Positions 45,901 to 60,900 of a stretch of DNA of 64,000 nucleotides are shown here, piece after piece. Each line of letters begins with the position of its first letter. Within the stretch, counting starts at the first letter, position 1. The notes beneath the pieces are model-generated. The model searched no databases. It was not told the DNA's origin and worked only from the letters and a program-made list of their open reading frames with translations. A program made the translations under genes and the position numbers. The stretch covers positions 310,001-374,000 of the forward strand of contig JBNRSN020000354.1 in NCBI GenBank assembly GCA_051313645.2. Direction: 5' to 3'. Origin of the DNA: Centroscyllium fabricii. Its lineage: Eukaryota.

Positions 45901-48900
45901 GCGATGGTCAGAGAGGGATATCGTCAGGGGATGGTCAGAGAGGAATATCCTCAGGGGATTGTCAGAGAGGGATATCGTCAGGGGCCTGTCAGAGAGGGAT
46001 ATAGTCAGAAGATGGTCAGAGGAATAGTCAGGGGATGGTCAGAGAGGGATATCGTCAGGCGATGGTTAGAGAGGGATATAGTCAGGGGATGGTCAGAGAG
46101 GGATATCGTCAGGGGATGGTCAGAAAGGGATATAGTCAGGGGCCTGGTCAGAGAGGGATATCGTCAGGGGATGGTCAGAGAGGGATATCATCAGGGGATG
46201 GTTAGAAAGGGATATAGTCAGGGGATGGTCAGAGAGGGATATAGTCAGGCGATGGTCAAAAAGGGATATTGTCAGGGGATGGTGAGAGAGCGATATCGTC
46301 AGGGGCCTGGTCAGAGAGGGATATCGTCAGGGGATGGTCAGAGAGGGATATAGTCAGGGGATGGTCAGAGAGGGATATAGTTAGGGGCCTGGTCAGAGAG
46401 GGATATCGTCAGCGGATGGTCAGAGAGCGATATCGTCAGGGGATGGTCAGAGAGGGATATCGTCAGGGGATGGTCAGAGAGGGATATCGTCAGGGGATTG
46501 TCAGAGAGGGATATCGTCAGGGGATGGTCAGAGAGGGATATCGTCAGGGGATGGTCAGAGAGGGATATAGTCAGGGGATGGTCAGAGAGGGATATCGTCA
46601 GGGGATGGTCAGAGAGGGATATCGTCAGGGGATGGTCAGAGAGGGATATCGTCAGGGGATGGTCAGAGAGCGATATAGTCTGTGGCCTGGTCAGAGCGGG
46701 ATATCGTCAGGGGATGGTCAGAGGGATATAGTCAGGGGATGGTCAGAGAGGGATATCGTCAGGGGCCTGGTCACAGAAGGATATAGTCAGGGGATGGTCA
46801 GAGAGGGATATCGTCAGGGGATGGTCAGAGAGGGATATAGTCAGGGGGTGGTCAGAGAGGGATATAGTCAGGGGCCTGGTCAGAGAGGGATATCGCCAGG
46901 GGATGGTCAGAGAGCGATATAGTCTGGGGCCTGGTCAGAGCGGGATACAGTCAGGGGATGGTCAGAGAGGGATATAGTCAGGGGATGGTCAGAGAGGGAT
47001 ATCATCAGGGGATGGTCAGAGAGGGATATAGTCAGGGGGTGGTCAGAGAGGGATATCGTCAGGGGATGGTCAGAGAGTGATATCGTCAGGGGATGGTTAG
47101 AGAGGGATATCGTCAGGGGCCTGGTCAGAGAGGGATATAGTCAGAGAGGGATATCGTCAGGGACCAGGTCAGAGAGGGATAACATCAGGGGATGGTCAGA
47201 GAGCGATATCGTCAGGAGATGGTCAGAAAGGGATATAGTCAGGGGCCTGGTCAGAGAGGGATATCGTCAGGGGATGGTCAGAGAGGGATATCGTCAGGGG
47301 ATGGTTAGAAAGGGATATAGTCAGGGGATGGTCAGAGAGGGATGTAGTCAGGCGATGGTCAAAAAGGGATATAGTCAGGGGATGGTTAGAGAGCGATATC
47401 GTCAGGGGCCTGGTCAGAGAGGGATATAGTCAGGGGCCTGGTCAGAGAGGGATATCGGCAGGAGATGGTCAGAGAGGGATATTGTCAGGGGATGGTCAGA
47501 AAGAGACATAGTCAGGGGATGGTCAGAGAGGGATATCATCAGGGGATGGTCAGAGAGGGATATCGTCAGGGGATGGTCAGAGAGGGATATCGTCAGGTGA
47601 TGGTCAGAGAGGGATATCGTCAGGGGCCTGTCAGAGAGGGATATAGTCAGGTGATGGTCAGAGGAAGAGTCAGGGGATGGTCAGAGAGGGATATCGTCAG
47701 GCGATGGTTAGAGAGGGATATAGTCAGGGGATGGTCAGAGAGGGATATCGTCAGGGGATGGTCAGAGAGGGATATCGTCAGGGGCCTGGTCAGAGAGGGA
47801 TATAGTCAAGGGATGGTCAGAGAGGGATATCGTCAGGGGATGGTCAGAGAGGGATATCGTCAGGGGATGGTCAGAGAGGGATATCGTCAGGGGATGGTCA
47901 GAGAGGGATATCGTCAGGGGATGGTTAGAAAGGGATATAGTCAGGGGATGGTCAGAGAGGGATATAGTCAGGCGATGGTCAAAAAGGGATATAGTCAGGG
48001 GATGGTTAGAGAGCGATATCGTCAGGGGCCTGGTCAGAGAGGGATATCGTCAGGAGATGGTCAGAGAGGGATATAGTCAGGGGATGGTCAGAGAGGGATA
48101 TAGTTAGGGCCCTGGTCAGAGAGGGATATCGTCAGGGGATGGTCAGAGAGCGATATCGTCAGGGGATGGTCAGAAAGGGATATAGTCAGGGGATGGTCAG
48201 AGAGGGATATCGTTAGGGGATGGTCAGAGAGGGATATCGTCAGGGGCCTGTCAGAGAGGGATATGGTCAGAGGAATAGTCAGAGGAATAGTCAGGGGATG
48301 GTCAGAGAGGGATATCGTCAGGCGATGGTTAGAGAGGGATATAGTCAGGGGATGGTCAGGGAGGGATATAGTCAGGCGATGGTCAAAAAGGGATATAGTC
48401 AGGGGATGGTCAGAGAGGGATATCGTCAGGGGATGGTCAGAAAGGGATATAGTCAGGGGCCTGGTCAGAGAGGGATATCGTCAGCGGATGGTCAGAGAGC
48501 GATATCGTCAGGGGATGGTCAGAGAGGGATATCGTCAGGGGATGGTCAGAGAGGGATATCGTCAGGGGCCTGTCAGAGAGGGATATAGTCAAGGGATGGT
48601 CAGAGAGGGATATCGTCAGGGGATGGTCAGAAAGGGATATAGTCAGGGGCCTGGTCAGAGAGGGATATTGTCAGGGGATGGTCAGAGAGGGATATCATCA
48701 GGGGATGGTTAGAAAGGGATATAGTCAGGGGATGGTCAGAGAGGGATATCGTCAGGGGATGGTCAGAGAGGGATATCGTCAGGGGATGGTTAGAGAGGGA
48801 TATCGTCAGGGGCCTGGTCAGAGAGGGATATAGTCAGAGAGGGACATCGTCAGGGACCAGGTCAGAGAGGGATAACGTCAGGGGATGGTCAGAGAGCGAT

Positions 48901-50870
48901 ATCGTCAGGAGATGGTCAGAAAGGGATATAGTCAGGGGCCTGGTCAGAGAGGGATATCGTCAGGGGATGGTCAGAGAGGGATATCGTCAGGGGATGGTTA
49001 GAAAGGGATATAGTCAGGGGATGGTCAGAGAGGGATGTAGTCAGGCGATGGTCAAAAAGGGATATAGTCAGGGGATGGTTAGAGAGCGATATCGTCAGGG
49101 GCCTGGTCAGAGAGGGATATAGTCAGGGGCCTGGTCAGAGAGGGATATCGGCAGGAGATGGTCAGAGAGGGATATTGTCAGGGGATGGTCAGAAAGAGAC
49201 ATAGTCAGGGGATGGTCAGAGAGGGATATCATCAGGGGATGGTCAGAGAGGGATATCGTCAGGGGATGGTCAGAGAGGGATATCGTCAGGTGATGGTCAG
49301 AGAGGGATATCGTCAGGGGCCTGTCAGAGAGGGATATAGTCAGGTGATGGTCAGAGGAAGAGTCAGGGGATGGTCAGAGAGGGATATCGTCAGGCGATGG
49401 TTAGAGAGGGATATAGTCAGGGGATGGTCAGAGAGGGATATCGTCAGGGGATGGTCAGAGAGGGATATCGTCAGGGGCCTGGTCAGAGAGGGATATAGTC
49501 AAGGGATGGTCAGAGAGGGATATCGTCAGGGGATGGTCAGAGAGGGATATCGTCAGGGGATGGTCAGAGAGGGATATCGTCAGGGGATGGTCAGAGAGGG
49601 ATATCGTCAGGGGATGGTTAGAAAGGGATATAGTCAGGGGATGGTCAGAGAGGGATATAGTCAGGCGATGGTCAAAAAGGGATATAGTCAGGGGATGGTT
49701 AGAGAGCGATATCGTCAGGGGCCTGGTCAGAGAGGGATATCGTCAGGAGATGGTCAGAGAGGGATATAGTCAGGGGATGGTCAGAGAGGGATATAGTTAG
49801 GGCCCTGGTCAGAGAGGGATATCGTCAGGGGATGGTCAGAGAGCGATATCGTCAGGGGATGGTCAGAAAGGGATATAGTCAGGGGATGGTCAGAGAGGGA
49901 TATCGTTAGGGGATGGTCAGAGAGGGATATCGTCAGGGGCCTGTCAGAGAGGGATATAGTCAGGGGATGGTCAGAGGAATAGTCAGAGGAATAGTCAGGG
50001 GATGGTCAGAGAGGGATATCGTCAGGCGATGGTTAGAGAGGGATATAGTCAGGGGATGGTCAGGGAGGGATATAGTCAGGCGATGGTCAAAAAGGGATAT
50101 AGTCAGGGGATGGTCAGAGAGGGATATCGTCAGGGGATGGTCAGAAAGGGATATAGTCAGGGGCCTGGTCAGAGAGGGATATCGTCAGGGGATGGTCAGA
50201 GAGGGATATCGTCAGGGGATGGTCAGAGAGGGATATCGTCAGGGGCCTGTCAGAGAGGGATATAGTCAGGGGATGGTCAGAGAGGGATATCGTCAGGGGA
50301 TGGTCAGAAAGGGATATAGTCAGGGGCCTGGTCAGAGAGGGATATTGTCAGGGGATGGTCAGAGAGGGATATCATCAGGGGATGGTTAGAAAGGGATATA
50401 GTCAGGGGATGGTCAGAGAGGGATATAGTCAGGCGATGGTCAAAAAGGGATATAGTCAGGGGATGGTTAGAGAGCGATATCGTCAGGGGCCTGGTCAGAG
50501 AGGGATATAGTCAGGGGATGGTCAGAGAGGGATATAGTTAGGGGCCTGGTCAGAGAAGGATATCGTCAGGGGATGGTCAGAGAGCGATATCGTCAGGCGA
50601 TGGTCAGAGAGGGATATCGTCAGGGGATGGTCAGAGAGGGATATCGTCAGGGGATTGTCAGAGAGGGATATCGTCAGGGGATGGTCAGAGAGGGATATAG
50701 TCAGGGGATGGTCAGAGAGGGATATAGTCAGGGGATGGTCAGAGAGGGATATAGTCAGCGGATGGTCAGAGAGGGATATAGTCAGGGGATGGTCTGAAAG
50801 GAATATAGTCAGGGGATGGTCAGAGAGGGATATCGTCAGGGGATGGTCAGAGAGGGATATAGTCAGGGGA
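30951..50870. repeat. 27-bp satellite array, left part
   Basis: Monomer GGGGATGGTCAGAGAGGGATAT(C/A)GTCA, with GGGGCCTGGTC and other recurrent variants. Roughly 740 units by length. Confidence 0.98.
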
Positions 50871-51902
50871 AAACCACAAACAATGCATGCAGGGCAGAGT
50901 TAGGCCAATACCCACTACTATTTAAAATCCAAAAAAGAGCAATCAAATTCTGGAAACACCTAAAACTGAGCAACCCTCACAGTTATCACTTCAAAGCCCT
51001 GAAATGCCAAGAAGCGAACATAAAAAGAAGTCCCATCAACCAACTAGTCCTAGGACTTAGCGAAGTTACTAATAACACTACTGTTAACAACCAACTTAGC
51101 GGAAAATCCACTAACACTACTGGTAACAACCAGCCCCTGGACAGTGACGCCCTAGCACTCAGAATCCGACCCAACACAATTATTACTCAACAAAAAGAAA
51201 AATACCTGAACTACTGGACAGAAACGACAAAAACCCAAAACAAACTAGATTGCTACTTGGCCCTAAACAGACAGTACGCCATGGCGGACTACCTGTCCAT
51301 GGTGAAAGATAGAAAACTGAGAAAAACGCTGACAATGTACAGACTTTGCGAGCACAGCCTAGCCATCGAAAAAGGCAGACACAGAAAGACTTGTCTGCCC
51401 AGAGAGGAAAGGCTGTGCTCCCACTGCAGTCAGGGAGTGGTGGAGACAGAGCTGCACTTCCTCACAACCTGCGGAAACTATCAGGGAATAAGGGGAAATT
51501 TCTTCCCAAAATTCGCAACAGCATGCCCTGAATTCAAAAATTTGACCGACCACCAGAAACTCCCATACCTACTAGGGGAACAGAAGGAATGTATAAAACT
51601 TGCGGCAAACTACGTCACAGCTTGCCATAAGCAGAGGGACAACCAGTGAACATTGACATTGAAGCTAGGATGAGCATACAAGCTCTATATGCGGGTATAA
51701 ACGTACATGTGTGCGTAACTAATGTACGGGTGTCAATAAGTCTACTAATGTATTATTCTATGTAGTACGTCTACGAATGTATTATTCTTATGTATGTTAA
51801 AATGTTCTAATGTAATATTATTATGTATGTTGCACAGCTTTGGCAACAACGGTTGATACCATTCATGCCAATAAAGCCCTTTGAATTGAATTGAATTGAA
51901 TT
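50871..51902 (+). mobile_element. 5'-truncated non-LTR retrotransposon (RTE-X-like C-terminus) inside the satellite
   Basis: About 259 stop-free codons to TGA at 51649: CRAELGQYPL...RL.EHSLAIEKGRH...RLCSHC...ETELHFL..C. TTGGCA/TGCCAA stem-loop, AATAAA and a (TTGAA)4 tail. The clade call is tentative. Confidence 0.85.
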
Positions 51903-54900
51903 GGATGGTCAGAGAGGGATATCGTCAGGGGATGGTCAGAGAGAGATATCGTCAGGGGCCTGGTCAGAGAGGGATATAGTCAGGGGATGGTCAGAGAGGG
52001 ATATAGTCAGGGGCCTGGTCAGAGAGGGATATCGGCAGGAGATGGTCAGAGAGGGATATCGTCAGGGGATGGTCAGAAAGAGACATAGTCAGGGGATGGT
52101 CAGAGAGGGATATCATCAGGGGATGGTCAGAGAGGGATATCGTCAGGGGCCTGTCAGAGAGGGATATAGTCAGGGGATGGTCAGAGGAAGAGTCAGGGGA
52201 TGATCAGAGAGGGATATCGTCAGGCGATGGTTAGAGAGGGATATAGTCAGGGGATGGTCAGAGAGGGATATCGTCAGGGGATGGTCAGAGAGGGATATCG
52301 TCAGGGGCCTGGTCAGAGAGGGATATAGTCAAGGGATGGTCAGAGAGGGATATCGTCAGGGGATGGTCAGAGAGGGATATCGTCAGGGTGTGGTCAGAGA
52401 GGGATATCGTCAGGGGATGGTCAGAGAGGGATATCGTCAGGGGATGGTCAGAGAGGGATATCGTCAGGGGATGGTCAGAGAGGGATATGGTCCGGGGCCT
52501 GGTCAGAGAGGGATATCGCCAGGGGATGGTCAGAGAGGGATATAGTCTGGGGCCTGGTCAGAGCGTGATATAGTCAGGGGATGGTCAGAGAGGGATATAG
52601 TCAGGGGATGGTCAGAGAGGGATATAGTCAGGGGATGGTCAGAGAGGGATATCGTCAGGGGCCTGGTCACAGAAGGATATAGTCAGGGGATGGTCAGAGA
52701 GGGATATCGTCAGGGGATGGTCAGAGAGGGATATAGTCAGGGGGTGGTCAGAGAGGGATATAGTCAGGGGATGGTAAGAGAGGGATATCGTCAGGGGATG
52801 GTCAGAGAGGGATATAGTCAGGGGCCTGGTCAGAGAGGGATATCGCCAGGGGATGGTCAGAGAGCGATATAGTCTGGGGCCTGGTCAGAGCGGGATATAG
52901 TCAGGGGATGGTCAGAGAGGGATATAGTCAGGGGATGGTCAGAGAGGGATATCGTCAGGGGATGGTCAGAGAGGGATATAGTCAGGGGGTGGTCAGAGAG
53001 GGATATAGTCAGGGGATGGTCAGAGAGGGATATAGTCAGGGGATGGTCAGAGAGGGATATCGTCAGGGGATGGTTAGAGAGGGATATCGTCAGGTGCCTG
53101 GTCAGAGAGGGATATAGTCAGAGAGGGATATCGTCAGGGACCAGGTCAGAGAGGGATAACGTCAGGGGATGGTCAGAGAGGGATATCGTCAGGAGATGGT
53201 CAGAAAGGGATATAGTCAGGGGCCTGGTCAGAGAGGGATATCGTCAGGGGATGGTCAGAGAGGGATATCGTCAGGGGATGGTTAGAAAGGGATATAGTCA
53301 GGGGATGGTCAGAGAGGGATATAGTCAGGCGATGGTCAAAAAGGGATATAGTCAGGGGATGGTTAGAGAGCGATATCGTCAGGGGCCTGGTCAGAGAGGG
53401 ATATCGTCAGGGGATGGTCAGAGAGGGATATAGTCAGGGGATGGTCAGAGAGGGATATAGTTAGGGGCCTGGTCAGAGAGGGATATCGTCAGGGGATGGT
53501 CAGAGAGCGATATCGTCAGGGGATGGTCAGAAAGGGATATAGTCAGGTGATGGTCAGAGAGGGATATCGTCAGGGGATGGTCAGAGAGGGATATCGTCAG
53601 GGGATTGTCAGAGAGGGATATCGTCAGGGGCCTGTCAGAGAGGGATATAGTCAGGGGATGGTCAGAGGAATAGTCAGGGGATGGTCAGAGAGGGATATCG
53701 TCAGGCGATGGTTAGAGAGGGATATAGTCAGGGGATGGTCAGAGAGGGATATCGTCAGGGGATGGTCAGAAAGGGATATAGTCAGGGGCCTGGTCAGAGA
53801 GGGATATCGTCAGGGGATGGTCAGAGAGGGATATCATCAGGGGATGGTTAGAAAGGGATATAGTCAGGGGATGGTCAGAGAGGGACATAGTCAGGCGATG
53901 GTCAAAAAGGGATATAGTCAGGGGATGGTTAGAGAGCGATATCGTCAGGGGCCTGGTCAGAGATGGATATAGTCAGGGGATGGTCAGAGAGGGATATAGT
54001 TAGGGGCCTGGTCAGAGAGGGATATCGTCAGGGGATGGTCAGAGAGGGATATCGTCAGGGGATTGTCAGAGAGGGATATCGTCAGGGGATGGTCAGAGAG
54101 GGATATAGTCAGGGGATGGTCAGAGAGGGATATAGTCAGCGGATGGTCAGAGAGGGATATCGTCAGGGGATGGTCTGAAAGGAATATAGTCAGGGGATGG
54201 TCAGAGAGGGATATCGTCAGGGGATGGTCAGAGAGGGATACAGTCAGGGGATGGTCAGAGAGGGATATCGTCAGGGGATGGTCAGAGAGAGATCTCGTCA
54301 GGGGCCTGGTCAGAGAGGGATATAGTCAGGGGATGGTCAGAGAGGGATATAGTCAGGGGCCTGGTCAGAGAGGGATATCGGCAGGAGATGGTCAGAGAGG
54401 GATATCGTCAGGGGATGGTCAGAAAGAGACATAGTCAGGGAACGGTCAGAGAGGGATATCATCAGGGGATGGTCAGAGAGCGATATCGTCAGGGGATGGT
54501 CAGAGAGGGATATCGTCAGGGGATGGTCAGAGAGGGATATCGTCAGGGGCCTGGTCAGAGAGGGATATAGTCAAGGGATGGTCAGAGAGGGATATCGTCA
54601 GGGGATGGTCAGAGAGGGATATCGTCAGGGGATGGTCAGAGAGGGATATCGTCAGGGGATGGTCAGAGAGGGATATCGTCAGGGGATGGTCAGAGAGGGA
54701 TATCGTCAGGGGATGGTCAGAGAGGGATATCGTCAGGGGATGGTCAGAGAGGGATATCGTCAGGGGATGGTCAGAGAGGGATATCGTCAGGGGATGGTCA
54801 GAGAGGGATATGGTCCGGGGCCTGGTCAGAGAGGGATATCGGCAGGGGATGGTCAGAGAGGGATATAGTCTGGGGCCTGGTCAGAGCGTGATATAGTCAG

Positions 54901-57900
54901 GGGATGGTCAGAGAGGGATATAGTCAGGGGATGGTCAGAGAGGGATACCGTCAGGGGCCTGGTCGCAGAGGGATATAGTCAGGGGATGGTCAGAGAGGGA
55001 TATCGTCAGGGGATGGTCAGAGAGGGATATAGTCAGGGGGTGGTCAGAGAGTGATATAGTCAGGGGATGGTCAGAGAGGGATATCGTCAGGGGATGGTCA
55101 GAGAGGGATATAGTCAGAGGCCTGGTCAGAGAGGGATATCGTCAGGGGATGATCAGAGAGCGATATCGTCAGGGGATGGTCAGAGAGGGATATCGTCAGG
55201 GGATGGTCAGAGAGGGATATCGTCAGGGGATGGTCAGAGAGGGATATCGTCAGGGGATGGTCAGAGAGGGATATCGTCAGGGGATGGTCAGAGAGTGATA
55301 TAGTCAGGCGATGGTCAGAGAGTGATATCGTCAGGGGATGGTCAGGGAGGGATATCGTCAAGGGATGGTCAGAGAGGGATATCATCAGGGGCCTGGTCAG
55401 AGCGGGATATCGTCAGTTGATGGTCAGAGAGGGATATCGTCAGGGGCCTGGTCAGAGAGGGATATAGTCAGAGAGGGATATCGTCAGGGACCAGGTCAGA
55501 GAGGGATAACGTCAGGGGATGGTCAGAGAGGGATATCGTCAGTAGATGGTCAGAAAGGGATATAGTCAGTGGTCTGGTCAGAGAGGGATATCGTCAGGGG
55601 ATGGTCAGAGAGGGATATCGTCAGGGGATGGTTAGAAAGGGATATAGTCAGGGGCCTGGTCAGAGAGGGATATCGTCAGGGGATGGTCAGAGAGGGATAT
55701 CGTCAGGGGATGGTCAGAGAGGGATATCGTCAGGGGATGGTCAGAGAGGGATATCGTCAGGGGATGGTCAGAGAGGGATATCGTCAGGGGATGGTCAGAG
55801 AGGGATATCGTCAGGGGATGGTCAGAGAGGGATATCGTCAGGGGATGGTCAGAGAGGGATATCGTCAGGGGATGGTCAGAGAAGGATATGGTCCGGGGCC
55901 TGGTCAGTGAGGGATATCGCCAGGGGATGGTCAGAGAGCGATATAGTCTGGGGCCTGGTCAGAGCGGGATATAGTCAGGGGATGGTCAGAGAGGGATATA
56001 GTCAGGGGATGGTCAGAGAGGGATATAGTCAGGGGGTGGTCAGAGAGGGATATAGTCAGGGGGTGGTCAGAGAGGGATATAGTCAGGGGATGGTCAGAGA
56101 GGGATATCGTCAGGGGATGGTCAGAGAGGGATATAGTCAGGGGCCTGCTCAGAGAGGGATATCGCCAGGGGATGGTCAGAGAGCGATATAGTCTGGGGCC
56201 TGGCCAGAGCGGGATATAGTCAGGGGATGGTCAGAGAGGGATATCGTCAGGGGATGGTCAGAGAGGGATATCGTCAGGGGCCTGGTCAGAGAGGGATATA
56301 GTCAGGGGATGGTCAGAGAGGGATATCGTCAGGGGATGGTCAGAGAGGGATATCGTCAGGGGATGGTCAGAGAGGGATATCGTCAGGTGATGGTCAGAGA
56401 GGGATATCGTCAGGGGATGGTCAGAGAGGGATATCGTCAGGGGATGGTCAGAGAGGGATATCGTCAGGGGATGGTCAGAGAGGGATATGGTCCGGGGCCT
56501 GGTCAGAGAGGGATATCGCCAGGGGATGGTCAGAGAGCGATATAGTCTGGGGCCTGGTCAGAGCGGGATATAGTCAGGGGATGGTCAGAGAGGGATATAG
56601 TCAGGGGATGGTCAGTGAGGGATATCGTCAGGGGCCTGGTCACAGAAGGATATAGTCAGGGGATAGTCAGAGAGGGATATCGTCAGGGGATGGTCAGAGA
56701 GGGATATAGTCAGGGGGTGGTCAGAGAGGGATATAGTCAGGGGATGGTCAGAGAGGGATATCGTCAGGAGATGGTCAGAGAGGGATATAGTCAGGGGCCT
56801 GGTCAGAGAGGGATATCGCCAGGGGATGGTCAGAGAGCGATATAATCTGGGGCCTGGTCAGAGCGGGATATAGTCAGGGGATGGTCAGAGAGGGATATAG
56901 TCAGGGGATGGTCAGAGAGGGATATAGTGAGGGGGTGGTCAGAGAGGGATATAGTCAGGGGATGGTCAGAGAGGGATATCGTCAGGGGATGGTCAGAGAG
57001 GGATATAGTCAGTGGCCTGGTCAGAGAGGGATATCGTCAGGAGATGATCAGAGAGGGATATCGTCAGGGGATGGTCAGAGAGGGATATCGTCAGGGGATG
57101 GTCAGAGAGGGATATCGTCAGGGGCCTGGTCAGAGAGGGATATAGTCAGGGGATGGTCAGAGAGGGATATAGTCAGGGGCCTGGTCAGAGAGGGATATCG
57201 GCAGGAGATGGTCAGAGAGGGATATCGTCAGGGGATGGTCAGAAAGAGACATAGTCAGGGGATGGTCAGAGAGGGATATATCGTCAGGGGATGGTCTGAA
57301 AGGAATATAGTCAGGGGATGGTCAGAGAGGGATATCGTCAGGGGATGGTCAAAGAGGGATACAGTCAGGGGATGGTCAGAGAGGGATATCGTCGGGATGG
57401 TCAGAGAGAGATATCGTCAGGGGCCTGGTCAGAGAGGGATATAGTCAGGGGATGGTCAGAGAGGGATATAGTCAGGGGCCTGGTCAGAGAGGGATATCGG
57501 CAGGAGATGGTCAGAGAGGGATATCATCAGGGGATGGTCAGAAAGAGACATAGTCAGGGGACGGTCAGAGAGGGATATCATCAGGGGATGGTCAGAGAGC
57601 GATATCGTCAGGGGATGGTCAGAGAGGGATATCGTCAGGGGCCTGTCAGAGAGGGATATAGTCAGGGGATGGTCAGAGGAAGAGTCAGGGGATGGTCAGA
57701 GAGGGATATCGTCAGGCGATGGTTAGAGAGGGATATAGTCAGGGGATGGTCAGAGAGGGATATCGTCAGGGGATGGTCAGAGAGGGATATCGTCAGGGGC
57801 CTGGTCAGAGAGGGATATAGTCAAGGGATGGTCAGAGAGGGATATCGTCAGGGGATGGTCAGAGAGGGATATCGTCAGGGGATGGTCAGAGAGGGATATC

Positions 57901-60900
57901 GTCAGGGGATGGTCAGAGAGGGATATCGTCAGGGGATGGTCAGAGAGGGATATCGTCAGGGGATGGTCAGAGAGGGATATGGTCCGGGGCCTGGTCAGAG
58001 AGGGATATCGCCAGGGGATGGTCAGAGAGGGATATAGTCTGGGGCCTGGTCAGAGCGTGATATAGTCAGGGGATGGTCAGAGAGGGATATAGTCAGGGGA
58101 TGGTCAGAGAGGGATATCGTCAGGGGCCTGGTCGCAGAGGGATATAGTCAGGGGATGGTCAGAGAGGGATATCGTCAGGGGATGGTCAGAGAGGGATATA
58201 GTCAGGGGGTGGTCAGAGAGTGATATAGTCAGGGGATGGTCAGAGAGGGATATCGTCAGGGGATGGTCAGAGAGGGATATAGTCAGAGGCCTGGTCAGAG
58301 AGGGATATCGTCAGGGGATGATCAGAGAGCGATATCGTCAGGGGATGGTCAGAGAGGGATATCGTCAGGGGATGGTCAGAGAGGGATATCGTCAGGGGAT
58401 GGTCAGAGAGGGATATCGTCAGGGGATGGTCAGAGAGGGATATCGTCAGGGGATGGTCAGAGAGTGATATAGTCAGGCGATGGTCAGAGAGGGATATCGT
58501 CAGGGGATGGTCAGGGAGGGATATCGTCAGGGGATGGTCAGAGAGGGATATCATCAGGGGCCTGGTCAGAGCGGGATATCGTCAGTTGATGGTCAGAGAG
58601 GGATATCGTCAGGGGCCTGGTCAGAGAGGGATATAGTCAGAGAGGGCTATCGTCAGGGACCAGGTCAGAGAGGGATAACGTCAGGGGATGGTCGGAGAGG
58701 GAGATGGTCAGAAAGGGATATAGTCAGTGGTCTGGTCAGAGAGGGATATCGTCAGGGGATGGTCAGAGAGGGATATCGTCAGGGGATGGTTAGAAAGGGA
58801 TATAGTCAGGGGCCTGGTCAGAGAGGGATATCGTCAGGGGATGGTCAGAGAGGGATATCGTCAGGGGATGGTCAGAGAGGGATATCGTCAGGGGATGGTC
58901 AGAGAGGGATATCGTCAGGGGATGGTCAGAGAGGGATATCGTCAGGGGATGGTCAGAGAGGGATATCGTCAGGGGATGGTCAGAGAGGGATATGGTCCGG
59001 GGCCTGGTCAGAGAGGGATATCGCCAGGGGATGGTCAGAGAGCGATATAGTCTGGGGCCTGGTCAGAGCGGGATATAGTCAGGGGATGGTCAGAGAGGGA
59101 TATAGTCAGGGGATGGTCAGAGAGGGATATAGTCAGGGGGTGGTCAGAGAGGGATATAGTCAGGGGGTGGTCAGAGAGGGATATAGTCAGGGGATGGTCA
59201 GAGAGGGATATCGTCAGGGGATGGTCAGAGAGGGATATAGTCAGGGGCCTGGTCAGAGAGGGATATCGCCAGGGGATGGTCAGAGAGCGATATAGTCTGG
59301 GGCCTGGTCAGAGCGGGATATAGTCAGGGGATGGTCAGAGAGGGATATCGTCAGGGGTTGGTCAGAGAGGGATATCGTCAGGGGCCTGGTCAGAGAGAGA
59401 TATAGTCAGGGGATGGTCAGAGAGGGATATCGTCAGGGGATGGTCAGAGAGGGATATCGTCAGGGGATGGTCAGAGAGGGATATCGTCAGGGGATGGTCA
59501 GAGAGGGATATCGTCAGGGGATGGTCAGAGAGGGATATCGTCAGGGGATGGTCAGAGAGGGATATGGTCCGGGGCCTGGTCAGAGAGGGATATCGCCAGG
59601 GGATGGTCAGAGAGCGATATAGTCTGGGGCCTGGTCAGAGCGGGATATAGTCAGGGGATGGTCAGAGAGGGATATAGTCAGGGGATGGTCAGAGAGGGAT
59701 ATAGTCAGGGGGTGGTCAGAGAGGGATATAGTCAGGGGGTGGTCAGAGAGGGATATAGTCAGGGGATGGTCAGAGAGGGATATCGTCAGGGGATGGTCAG
59801 AGAGGGATATAGTCAGGGGCCTGGTCAGAGAGGGATATCGCCAGGGGATGGTCAGAGAGCGATATAGTCTGGGGCCTGGTCAGAGCGGGATATAGTCAGG
59901 GGATGGTCAGAGAGGGATATCGTCAGGGGATGGTCAGAGAGGGATATCGTCAGGGGCCTGGTCAGAGAGGGATATAGTCAGGGGATGGTCAGAGAGGGAT
60001 ATCGTCAGGGGATGGTCAGAGAGGGATATCGTCAGGGGATGGTCAGAGAGGGATATCGTCAGGGGATGGTCAGAGAGGGATATCGTCAGGGGATGGTCAG
60101 AGAGGGATATCGTCAGGGGATGGTCAGAGAGGGATATCGTCAGGGGATGGTCAGAGAGGGATATGGTCCGGGGCCTGGTCAGAGAGGGATATCGCCAGGG
60201 GATGGTCAGAGAGCGATATAGTCTGGGGCCTGGTCAGAGCGGGATATAGTCAGGGGATGGTCAGAGAGGGATATAGTCAGGGGATGGTCAGAGAGGAATA
60301 TCGTCAGGGGCCTGGTCACAGAAGGATATAGTCAGGGGATAGTCAGAGAGGGATATCGTCAGGGGATGGTCAGAGAGGGATATAGTCAGGGGGTGGTCAG
60401 AGAGGGATATAGTCAGGGGATGGTCAGAGAGGGATATCGTCAGGAGATGGTCAGAGAGGGATATAGTCAGGGGCCTGGTCAGAGAGGGATATCGCCAGGG
60501 GATGGTCAGAGAGCGATATAGTCTGGGGCCTGGTCAGAGCGGGATATAGTCAGGTGATGGTCAGAGAGGGATATAGTCAGGGGATGGTCAGAGAGGGATA
60601 TAGTGAGGGGGTGGTCAGAGAGGGATATAGTCAGGGGATGGTCAGAGAGGGATATCGTCAGGGGATGGTCAGAGAGGGATATAGTCAGTGGCCTGGTCAG
60701 AGAGGGATATCGTCAGGAGATGATCAGAGAGGGATATAGTCAGGGGATGGTCAGAGAGGGATATAGTCAGGGGATGGTCAGAGAGGGATATAGTCAGGGG
60801 CCTGGTCAGAGAGGGATATCGGCAGGAGATGGTCAGAGAGGGATATCGTCAGGGGATGGTCAGAAAGAGACATAGTCAGGGGATGGTCAGAGAGGGATAT

